Positions 1-9,200 of a stretch of DNA of 64,000 bases are shown piece by piece (the first letter of the stretch is position 1; each line of letters begins with the position of its first letter). The DNA lies in the NCBI GenBank assembly GCA_964573455.1, contig CAZNJW010000003.1, positions 571 to 64,570 on the forward strand, read 5' to 3'. Made by a program: the position numbers and the translations under genes. This DNA comes from an uncultured Anaeromyxobacteraceae bacterium (GTDB lineage: Bacteria > Myxococcota_A > UBA9042 > DTJE01). The notes below the pieces were generated by a model. That model saw nothing but the letters and a program-made list of their open reading frames with translations. It was not told the origin of the DNA and did no database searches.

Positions 1-760
1 TCGCGACCAGACCGTGCTTCTTCGCGGTCATCTTGACGAAGTACTTGACCAGCAGGGCGACGTCGCCGGCGCGGACGGGACTGGTCATGTCGACCTCGAT
101 CTCCTGCTGTCCAACCGAACCGACCTCGTGATGATGATACTTGACGCCGACACCGGCCTCTTCCAGCGCCACCACCATCTCGTTGCGAATGTTGTAGTAG
201 GCATCGCCGGGCGGACAAGCGTGATATCCGCGGTGCGGCGCCAGGGTTACCGACTGACGGAATCCCTCGACGGCCGACAGCGAGCCCTCGCTGCAGATAA
301 TCCTGGAACTGGCCTCGGCGCAGCCGTTCTTAACCTGAACGTCCTCGGCAAGGTAGAATTCGTATTCAGGGCCGAAATGACAGTCATCGGCGATGCCGGT
401 GGAAGCCATGTACTCGCACGCCCTGCGCAGGATGCCGCGGGGGTCGCGCGGGAACGGATCGAGTGTTCCTGCCTCTTTTACGTCGCATATCAGAGACAGC
501 GTCTTCTCCTCGAAGAAAGGGTCGATGAAGGCGGTCTCGATGTCGGGCACGATGACCATGTCCCCGGCCTCGACCGTCTTGAAACCAGGCATGTTCGAAC
601 CGTCGAAACCGATTCCGGACTCCCAGATCGACTCATCCATCCGCCTGGCGGGGAGAGTCACATGATGGGCACGGCCGGTCAGACTGGTGAACTTGAAATC
701 CACCGTCCTGACATCCTCCTTCCTTATGTACGCGAGCAGCTCCCTGACCGTCGAAAACAT
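1..760 (-). CDS. glnA: Glutamine synthetase type I, N-terminal ~253 codons. The C-terminus runs off the left edge of the window.
   Basis: Not in the ORF track because there is no stop in the window. My reverse-complement translation from ATG 760..758 (GGAGG 5 nt upstream) reads MFSTVRELLAYIRKEDVRTVDFKFTSLTGRAHHVTLP...FGPEYEFYL...YHHHEVGSVGQQEIE. That is the GS beta-grasp plus the start of the catalytic domain. The listed 14..838 + ORF is its antisense shadow. Confidence 0.85.
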   Translation of the reverse strand, partial: MFSTVRELLAYIRKEDVRTVDFKFTSLTGRAHHVTLPARRMDESIWESGIGFDGSNMPGFKTVEAGDMVIVPDIETAFIDPFFEEKTLSLICDVKEAGTLDPFPRDPRGILRRACEYMASTGIADDCHFGPEYEFYLAEDVQVKNGCAEASSRIICSEGSLSAVEGFRQSVTLAPHRGYHACPPGDAYYNIRNEMVVALEEAGVGVKYHHHEVGSVGQQEIEVDMTSPVRAGDVALLVKYFVKMTAKKHGLVA

Positions 761-788
761 CAAAGCCTCCAGATTTCAAAGGATCCTA

Positions 789-817
789 ATCGTCATCCAC
801 CAAACGCGGCCTGTCAA
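789..817 (-). promoter_or_regulatory. Candidate sigma70 promoter for glnA (TTGACA-17 nt-GACGAT)
   Basis: The reverse complement of 812..817 is a perfect TTGACA. After a 17-nt spacer comes GACGAT (789..794), about 30 nt upstream of the glnA ATG. Confidence 0.35.
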
Positions 818-859
818 CATCGAGAGGACGTCTTTTGATGTTCGGCGGCACTAACCTGC

Positions 860-908
860 TGGACTCCAGATTCCTATCGGGGATAATGTTTGTTCAGAAA
901 CCTGAACA
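860..908 (+). promoter_or_regulatory. Candidate promoter (TGGACT-16 nt-GATAAT) followed by the perfect palindrome TGTTCAG-AAAC-CTGAACA (891..908). Putative operator at the transcription start of the symporter gene.
   Basis: GATAAT lies at 882..887. The 7-bp inverted-repeat arms are at 891..897 and 902..908. The RBS AGGAG is at 916..920 and the ATG at 927. Confidence 0.3.
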
Positions 909-926
909 CAGATGCAGGAGCAAGAC

Positions 927-2480
927 ATGAAGGAGCAGAGTAAGACACTGGATCCAAAGGCTGGCCGAGGGGCGTTCAACAGCAGACTGGGGTTCGTGCT
1001 TGCCGCTGCCGGAAGCGCCGTGGGACTGGGTAATCTGTGGCGCTTCCCATATCTCACCTACAAGTTCGGCGGCGGGGCGGGCGACCAGCACGGCGCCGGG
1101 ACCTTCATCCTTCTGTACCTGATCTGCGTCTTTGTCATCTGCCTGCCCGTCATGATCGGCGAGATCCTTGTCGGCAGGCGGGGCCGCAGGAACCCGGTAG
1201 GGTCCTTCAACGCGCTGCGGCCAAAGACCAGATGGAACCTGATCGGATACCTCGGTATCGTCACCGGCTTCCTGATCCTCGCGTACTACACGGTGGTGGC
1301 CGGGTGGACCATCGAATACTCTTACAAGTCTGTGACGAACGAATTCGGCCGCGCGCAGACCGAGATCAGCGATGCCAGCGCGATGGCAGCGATGGCCGCC
1401 GACCTTGGCTTCAGCTCCGGACAGCAGACCGACCTCGAGACCGCCATCGGGCAGATCCGGCAAAAAGCCGGCAGCGAAGAGGCATTCAGGGCGCTTGTCG
1501 ACAAAAAGAAGACAGAGATACTGCCTCAGCAGCTTTTCGAGGATTTCATCGGCAATCCGGTCAAACAGGTGGTCTGGTACCTGGTCTTCATGACGGCTAC
1601 CGTTCTTCTGGTGTTGTGCGGCGTTTCGGGCGGCATTGAACGCGGCAGCAAAGTGATGATGCCGGTGCTCCTGCTGATGCTGCTGGTTCTCGCGGTCAGG
1701 GTGCTGACCCTCAAGGGAGGCGGGCAGGTGCTCGGGTACCTGTTCAAACCAGACTTCTCGACCATCAACGGGCAGATGATCCTTGCCGCCATGGGGCAGG
1801 CGTTCTTCTCGCTCTCGGTCGGTATGGGTGCGGTACTTACATACGGCAGCTACCTGGACAAGGACGCCAGGATTGACACGGCCGCGTACGCGATCCCGCT
1901 GATCGACACCAGCGTGGCGCTGCTCGCCAGCGTTGTCGTCTGCGGCTCCATCTTCTCGTTTGGATTGGTGATGAACGACTCCGGCACGGGCAATCTCTTC
2001 ACCGCGATCCCGGTCATATTCGGCTCGATGCCAGGTGGACGCTGGCTACTTATCCTCTTCTATGTCCTGGTTCTGCTGGCCGCGCTGACCTCGACCATCT
2101 CCCTGCTCGAGGTGGTCGCCTCCTACCTGATCGACGAAAAGAAGATGACCAGACGCCGGGCCGTGCTTCTGGCCGCGTCGGCCATCACTGGACTCGGCAT
2201 CCTTTGCGCGCTTTCATTCAACGTCCTGAAAGACTTGACCGTCGCGAAAAAGACGATATTCGACATGCTGGACTTCGTCACCTCGAATCTGTTCCTTCCC
2301 ATCGGGGGCATCCTGATCGCGGTCTTCGTCGGGTGGGTACTGAAGGATGAAGAGAAACGCCCGGAACTGCTGGGTATGCCGACCCCTGTCTACCGCACGT
2401 GGAATTTCCTGCTCCGCTACGTCACCCCAATCGCGATTGCGGCGGTCTTCGCCGGTCAGTTCCTGATCAAACAGGTGTAA
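927..2480 (+). CDS. Sodium-dependent transporter, neurotransmitter:sodium symporter (NSS/SNF) family
   Basis: The ORF 912..2480 carries the N-terminal signature RGAFNSRLGFVLAAAGSAVGLGNLWRFPY and about 12 hydrophobic segments. I prefer ATG 927 (AGGAG 6 nt upstream) to ATG 912. Confidence 0.9.
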   Translation: MKEQSKTLDPKAGRGAFNSRLGFVLAAAGSAVGLGNLWRFPYLTYKFGGGAGDQHGAGTFILLYLICVFVICLPVMIGEILVGRRGRRNPVGSFNALRPKTRWNLIGYLGIVTGFLILAYYTVVAGWTIEYSYKSVTNEFGRAQTEISDASAMAAMAADLGFSSGQQTDLETAIGQIRQKAGSEEAFRALVDKKKTEILPQQLFEDFIGNPVKQVVWYLVFMTATVLLVLCGVSGGIERGSKVMMPVLLLMLLVLAVRVLTLKGGGQVLGYLFKPDFSTINGQMILAAMGQAFFSLSVGMGAVLTYGSYLDKDARIDTAAYAIPLIDTSVALLASVVVCGSIFSFGLVMNDSGTGNLFTAIPVIFGSMPGGRWLLILFYVLVLLAALTSTISLLEVVASYLIDEKKMTRRRAVLLAASAITGLGILCALSFNVLKDLTVAKKTIFDMLDFVTSNLFLPIGGILIAVFVGWVLKDEEKRPELLGMPTPVYRTWNFLLRYVTPIAIAAVFAGQFLIKQV

Positions 2481-2536
2481 CAGTCATTTCTGTCGTGGGT
2501 CGGGAATCCTGGATTGGAAAGACACCGGCAGCGGGA

Positions 2537-2929
2537 TTACTTCTGTTCCGTTTCGTCGCACTCTTCTTCGGAGTCACCGCAGCAGCAGCATTCTTCCTCG
2601 TCCTCGAGGTCATCCTCGTCGAGGTCGCCGCACTCCAGCATTTCGTCGAGAAGTTCGTCAATCGCCTCGCGCACGCCCTCGGCCTCGTTTTCGAGCTCCT
2701 CGAGATAGGCGTTGAGGCTCTGAAGCATTTCGGCGCGGCTGATGAACTGACGCCTGAAACCAAACTCGGGGCTCCCCTTACCTTCCATACAGAATTCCTT
2801 TACCGGCCTTCCGGGCCAGTCATCACGAAGATCTCGCATCGGACGTCCAGGCCAGTCGCCGGGCCGGTCGTCGTTACAACCACATTCACAATCGTGCCAT
2901 TGATCTGTCATGAAGCGCCTGTTTGACAT
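2537..2929 (-). CDS. Small hypothetical protein (130 aa) with Cys clusters (HDCECGC, CCCCGD), a duplicated DWPGRP motif, a central helical segment and a very acidic tail. Possibly a DUF5320-like or metal-binding protein.
   Basis: ORF 2537..2953. The internal ATG at 2929 has GGAGG 5 nt upstream and fits the TSS predicted from the promoter at 2966..2994. I cannot assign a family with certainty. Confidence 0.6.
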   Translation of the reverse strand: MSNRRFMTDQWHDCECGCNDDRPGDWPGRPMRDLRDDWPGRPVKEFCMEGKGSPEFGFRRQFISRAEMLQSLNAYLEELENEAEGVREAIDELLDEMLECGDLDEDDLEDEEECCCCGDSEEECDETEQK

Positions 2930-2965
2930 CGATGCCTCCAGAAAAGTCGCCATTGACCGTTAAGC

Positions 2966-2994
2966 ACTATATTGCCGTCACCTTGTGGTGTCAA
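2966..2994 (-). promoter_or_regulatory. Near-consensus sigma70 promoter TTGACA-17 nt-TATAGT for the small Cys/acidic protein gene
   Basis: The reverse complement of 2989..2994 is TTGACA and of 2966..2971 is TATAGT, with an exact 17-nt spacer. Confidence 0.55.
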
Positions 2995-3035
2995 AGCACA
3001 ACAACGGGATTGGGCGGGAAAACGGAGAAATCCGG

Positions 3036-3106
<71 letters not shown>

Positions 3107-3122
3107 ATATAAAAGCACGCTG

Positions 3123-3152
3123 ATATTACAGGCCCGCCACGTCTTTTGTCAA
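3123..3152 (-). promoter_or_regulatory. Near-consensus sigma70 promoter TTGACA-18 nt-TAATAT for tRNA-Cys
   Basis: The reverse complement of 3147..3152 is TTGACA and of 3123..3128 is TAATAT. The -10 element ends about 16 nt upstream of the mature tRNA 5' end. Confidence 0.55.
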
Positions 3153-3179
3153 CAAGTCAGTTCAGGTGGGGAGTGTGTT

Positions 3180-3210
3180 GCCAGCCCCCGGGAAGCCCCC
3201 GGGGGCTGGC
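3180..3210 (-). terminator. GC-rich hairpin (13-bp stem, 5-nt loop) starting 7 nt after the stop of the giant gene. Terminator-like, but no U-tract follows.
   Basis: GCCAGCCCCCGGG-aagcc-CCCGGGGGCTGGC read directly from the sequence. The lack of a T-run lowers confidence that it is an intrinsic terminator. Confidence 0.45.
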
Positions 3211-3216
3211 CATGTC

Positions 3217-6200
3217 TCACTGGCAGAGGCCGGCCACGCAGGTTCCGGAGGCGCAGTCGGTTCCGTAGACGCAGTGCTTGCCGGCGATGCAACGGTTGCA
3301 GACCCGGCCACCGCAGTCGATGTCGGTCTCGGACTGATCCATGATCCTGTTCCAGCAGGAAATCACCACGGTGACGCCCTCGTAGGTGCCGAGTTCGGTG
3401 CCAATGGAGTTGGCCCCCGTCGCAGGACGTTTTCCGAGCGGAACGCTCGGCGCGAACTGGATGAATCCGGTTTCGGTCGAAACGGGGCCTTCGTATCCGG
3501 CGTTGCCGAACGACGGGGTCGCGTTCGTGATCTTGCAGCCCGCGCAGCAGCCACCAACATCACAGCAGTATCCTGACTGGCAGAACTGCGAGATGCAGTC
3601 GGAATCCTCGTTGCACGGCTGCTCGTTCGGCAGGTCAGCCACACACTCGGCGGTCGAGTAGGTCGGCGGCATCGGGTCGCAGTGGGCGTTCGCGTCGCAC
3701 ACCTCGTCCATTTCGACCGTGGTACCGGCGTCGTAGCACGTCGTCGGGCAAGCCGGGTCGATCTGGTCCACATCGCCGTTGCAGTACACAGGCAGGAAGT
3801 AACCGCAGTCATCGGAAACCTGGCCGAGGTCGTATACACAGGCCGAGTCTTCCGGTGCGTACTCGGAGCCGCACTGCGAGTCAATACAGGTCGCCAGTGT
3901 CTCGGTACCCTGACACGTCGAGTAATCGCTGCAGGAAGGCGGTGCCCAGTAACCACCGCGCGGCTCGACAACCGGGCAGTCGGTATTGCGGTTGCAGCAG
4001 TCGCCGAAGTCGCAGCAGAAATCGTTCTGGCAGTGTCCGATACCGCCAGGCAGCCACTGCTGGTTCAGACAGTCGATGTCCTGCTCGCACGGACCGCCGT
4101 TTGGCACGAGCGGGATGCAGATCGCGTTGGTCGGGTTGTTGTCATCCCAGTCGCACCTTGCGTCGTCGTCGCACTTGCTGTCATCCGGGACGCCGTCTGT
4201 CAGACACGAAGTGAGACACACGGTGCCACCACCATTCCACGGTTCAAGCCAGGTCGCTCCCGGGCAGGTGGACGTCGGTGAAATCGGACAGAGTGCCGGC
4301 AGATACGCGCCACAGTTGTCGGCGAGGGCGCCGCCACAACGGCAGTCGTCACGAACCAGCTGATCGCCGCACTTGTTGTCGACGCAGACCGGATCCTTTC
4401 TGTGTCCTTCACACACCAGGTCGCCCGTGATCGGGTCGGAGACGGTGTCGCAGGATGCCGGGGTCGTGTAGATGCCCGGGCAGGTCGCGGCGCCCTGCTC
4501 GTCGCTGGACGGGCAGCAGTCACCTTCGCTGCAGCAGAATCCGTTCTGGCTGTGCCCCGAGATGCAGTCCGAATCCTCGTTGGATGGAGCGCCGTTCGGC
4601 AGGTCGACCGTGCAGAACATGGCGCGCAACGACGGATCGGGATCCGGGTCCGTGGCAACGACCGGATCGCAGTGCGCATTCGCATCACAGTCGGTGTTGG
4701 AGGTGCAGTAGCTGAGGCAGTCCGGCTTGATCTGGACGGCCGGGGGCAGCGGGCCCTCGTCGCCGCAGAACATGGAATAGTAGAAACCGCACCTGTCGGA
4801 TTCGACCGTATCGTCGCACGCCGTGTCGTCCGGAACCTCGGTCTTGACACACTGGTTGTTGACACACCTGGCGTCCCAGCGAATGCCCTGACAGAAGTTG
4901 ATCGGGTTGAGCGGATCCGTCATGTCCGGGTCATTACAGATCGGTTCCTCGCTGTAGACGCCCGCGCCGACACGGTTACAAATCAGGTCCGCCTCCATCC
5001 AGGCCGGATCGATCCAGAGCAGGTTCGGGTCCTGGCCGTCCTCGGGTACGACCCACGGTTCGGTCGGACAGCAGTCGCCGCCGTCGCAGCAGAAACCGTT
5101 CTGGCAATGCTGGCTGACGCAGTCAAGGTCCTGCTCGCCAAGGATCAAGTCGTCGCAGTCCGCGCCGTTCTCAAGCAAGGTCTGAACGCGAAGCTCGAAC
5201 CTGAAGGGAGTGTACGCGAACATGCCGCTGTTGGTATCCACGCCGACGTAGTAGTCGCCCGGCTGGAGCTGGAGATCGACGACTGCCGGATTTGTATCGG
5301 TCGTCTCTGAACACCTGAGGGAACCGGCCGCGCAGGTCGCGCCCGCCGAATCCTTCAGGAACAGCACGAGACGGTTGCCAGGAACCGGCAGCAGCTTGAT
5401 GGTGACGCGCTTGGGCGTCAGAAGATTGAACTTGTAGAGGCGGTCGGGGCCTTCGAGACCGCCGCAGCCTGAGTCGTTGACGGAGTTGATCGCGCACTGG
5501 AGCGTGCCATCAACGAACACAGACGGGTTGACGTCCTGGTTGCCCAGGTCGATCGGCGTCTCGCAACGGCTGCCGAGATTCAGGGTCGGGTCATCCGAGC
5601 CCTTCATGTACATCGACCAGTCATGAATCGTGCCGGAGCTGCCGGAAACGACGTCGCAAATCTGGAGCGTCCAGACGCCGTCGATCTGTTCCCCGTTGAG
5701 AGCGCACATCGGCTGACCCGACGTCGAGATACCCGGGTAGGTAATCGGGAACGAAAGATCGAAGGTGTTGGCGAAGCCATCGTTATCGCCGCCGAGATTG
5801 TGCCACAGACGATGACGGGCACCCTGAGGATCGATCAGATCCATCTGAAGGTCTCCGACCGCCTCGTGGCTGAGCCTGACCTTGATCTCGATGTCCTTCA
5901 CGTAGGCGAAGCCGGTGCTGACCGGCAGTGTGATACTGGTGCATCCGTTGACGCCAACGCGCTCGTTGATCGGCAGGTCGACCGTTCCACTCGCCGCCTT
6001 GTAGCACATGCCGTCCGAGCAGGTCGGGTTGCAGCCGCCAAGCGGGTAGCCGTCAATGCCGCCCACGCAGGAGTCCTCGAAGCCGCAGTCATCGTCGCCG
6101 GCGTCAAACGGATGCTCGCCACCGCACGGGCCGTTGCAGTTCTGCATGCGTTCGTGCTCGCAGTACCCCTGGATGCAGAGGTCCTCGGTGCAGGCATTCG

Positions 6201-9200
6201 GCTCGTCGCTGCAGGGGGTGCCGTCCGGGAACGCTCCCCTGACGCAGAGGTGGCCGCCCCAGCCGACGTTCTGGCAGATACCTTCGTTGCAATCGTCGCC
6301 GGTGTCGGTGCAGTCGACCATCGTGCCAAAGCCGCACATGCCGTCGGTGCAAACGTCGTCCGAACAGCCGAGTCCATCGAACTCGCAGGGGGTGCCATTA
6401 TCGGCGTTCCATTCGGCGCAGGTGTCGGTCTGCTCGTCGCAGTAGCCCTCGACGCACGACGAACAGTAACCATCCGAGCAGTCGAAATCCGTCACGGCGC
6501 AGTCTCGTGCGGCACCGCCCAGACAGGTGCTGAGATCGTCCTCGCCAACCTGGCAGTAGTCCTGAATCGTGCAGAACTGACCATCCTCGCACGGGGTGTA
6601 GTTCAATGCGTTCTGCATCTTGCAGCTGCCGTCGAACGGATCGCAGACGTTGCGCCTGCATTCGATGCCGGGATCGTCGCACATGACCGGTCCGTCAGAC
6701 AGTTCGCACATCTTGTCGTCGTTGCAGATCCAGACGGAACCGTTGCAGAGATTGCCGTCATCGAGGCACGAGGAAGCAAGGCCGTCTCGACATTCGCAGA
6801 CAAGATCCGGGCCTGGCATGCACATGCCAGCGCTGCAGAAGTCGCCCTTGTTGCAGGTCTCGCCGTCGTCGCAGGTCGTGCCGTCTTCCGCCTGAACCGT
6901 GGTGCACTGATCCAGGTCCTCGGAGCAGAAGCCGACCATGCAGGTACCATTCATGTAGCTGCAGTCGACCGGATCGCCGCCCTGGCATGTGCCGGCCGAA
7001 CAGAAGTCGTCACCGGTGCAGAACAGGCCATCGTCACACGGGGCGCCGTTGGCCGAATTGACGACAGCACATTCGCCGGTATCTGCCTGGCACACGTTCG
7101 CCTGGCACGGATCGTTGCTGGGCTCGCACTGCTTCATCGAATGCACGCAGACCCCGCCGGTCGACACGTTCGTGCATGAATCGAGCGTGCACAGGTTGTT
7201 GTCGTCGCACTCCGAGTTACGGAAGCAACCGGCGCTGACGACGTAGATCGTGAAGTAAACGAGCTGACCGGTCATGCCGGTGACGTTGTCCCACACCTTC
7301 AAGGTCCAGTCGCCGGCCACCGGGAGGCGGCGGTAATCAATCATCTGGCCGGGACCAACAACGGGATCCCAGTCGTACACGTCGTGGAAGCCCGGGTTCG
7401 TTCCGCCCTTGGAGTCGCGCAGCCTGACGCACACGTCCTCGTGGCACAGTTCCGCGCGCAGGTCGCCCGCGGCTTCATGGATCGTGCGAATCTTGACCTT
7501 CACATTGGATACGTAGCCGGTAGCGTTGACGTGCAGTACCTTGGTGAGACCGGCCGGATCGTTATCGGGAATGTCGCTGGGCAGGTCGGTGATCCAGTCG
7601 TACTCGTAAGGCTGGCCCTCGATCGTGCGGCAGACGCACAGCGAATCGCCAGTGAGCGGGTCGACATCATTGATCGGGTCACAGACGCGATCCTCGGTCT
7701 CTGCAACGAGGCAGACCTCGTTGCGGAAACAGTCGTCGTGCGTGGAACAGGGTCCGCCACAGGCCTCGATGACCTCATTGATACACTGGCCGGTGGCAGG
7801 GTCGCAGGAGTCGACCGTGCAGGTCAGTCCGTCGTCGCAGCCCTTTGGCGTGAACACGCAGACTCCACCTTCGCAGGACGCGGTCTGACACAGGGAAGCG
7901 GGGCAATCCGCGACATCGTCGCAGGACACGTCGGCCAGTTCCGCGAACAGATGCCATTCCTCGAACTTACCGTTCGAAAGGGAAGGATCCGTGTCTTCGG
8001 CCACAACGGTCCACGTACCGACCGAGCCCTCGCCGTCGAATGCGGTCAGCGGCTCGGCCGAGGGAACGCCGATGTCGTAGGTTTCATAGATATTGGCCTT
8101 CGCGTCGGTGAAGCTGCTGTTACGCACGATCGCCGAGGTGCCCGACGGGCTGGTGACGGTCAGCTTCACGTCGCCACGGTACTCGTGGGCGACACCGATC
8201 TTGAAGTTGGAGTTCGCAATCGCGCCGTTGGCCGCCACATTGACCGCACATGACGCCATGACCGGAGCCGCGCCGAAGTCGGTCTGACAATCGGCGTCAA
8301 ACCTGAATCCGGGGATGTCGACACAGTAACCGACCGACTTGTCGCAGGCCTGGTTGATCCCGCAGGACAGGGTCCCATCGGGCCGGTACTTGTCGTTCTC
8401 GCAGGGGATGCAGTCCTGGACCTGAAGGTTGACGCACTGGCTGGCGTTACAGTAATCGGTCGTGCATACCTCGAAGTCCTGACAGTTTTCAACACTGGTG
8501 CAGGGCGGATAGCCGTTCTCGAGGAAGTTCAGATACATCGACATGAGCTGATTCGTGGTCATCGCACCGCTGTATACATAGGCACCGAACGGCAGGGACG
8601 CGCCGATGGTTCTGTAGACTCCACCCTCGATCGCGCCCTCGTAGGATACGGCCAGGGCAAACGGGTCGTTCGGGTTCGAATTGCGGAGGATTTCGCGGCC
8701 ACCTCCCTCGGAGACATGGCGCAGCTTGTCGATCCATGCGTTAACACCTGCGTCCTGGGCAACGGCGAACTCGGCACCGTACAGGAAGTTCTTGCCGGAG
8801 ACCGGACCCGCGACGCGAACGGTTCCGCCGTCCGAGGTGGCTTCCGTCTTGAAGTACGGATGCAACACCGTTTCCGGCTGTGAAAAGGCAGGCGTGTAGA
8901 AGAACTCGCCGCCTTCGAGGTAGACGCGGCCACCGGCGTCCAGGAAAAGGCGCAGGCGGGCGGCGTCCATCGGCGTCACCCTGGCGTAGCGGCCCTTCAC
9001 TCCGAGAACCGCAAAAACGCCGTCATATCTGGTCAGATCGGGAACCATCGCAAGGTTGGTGATAATCTGCGCCTTGCGACCGGAATCCTTGATCGCCTGC
9101 TTGATCATGACGGCGCTGGGGTCGTTCATGCCGTTGGGCGACCATACGATGTAGCCGTCCTCAAGCAGGACCGTCAGGTCGAATTTTGTCAGCGACTCGA

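Noticed and set aside
14-838. 274-aa + strand ORF at the left edge
   Set aside because: It is the antisense shadow of glnA. The minus-strand frame reads as glutamine synthetase with a proper RBS and ATG at 760.
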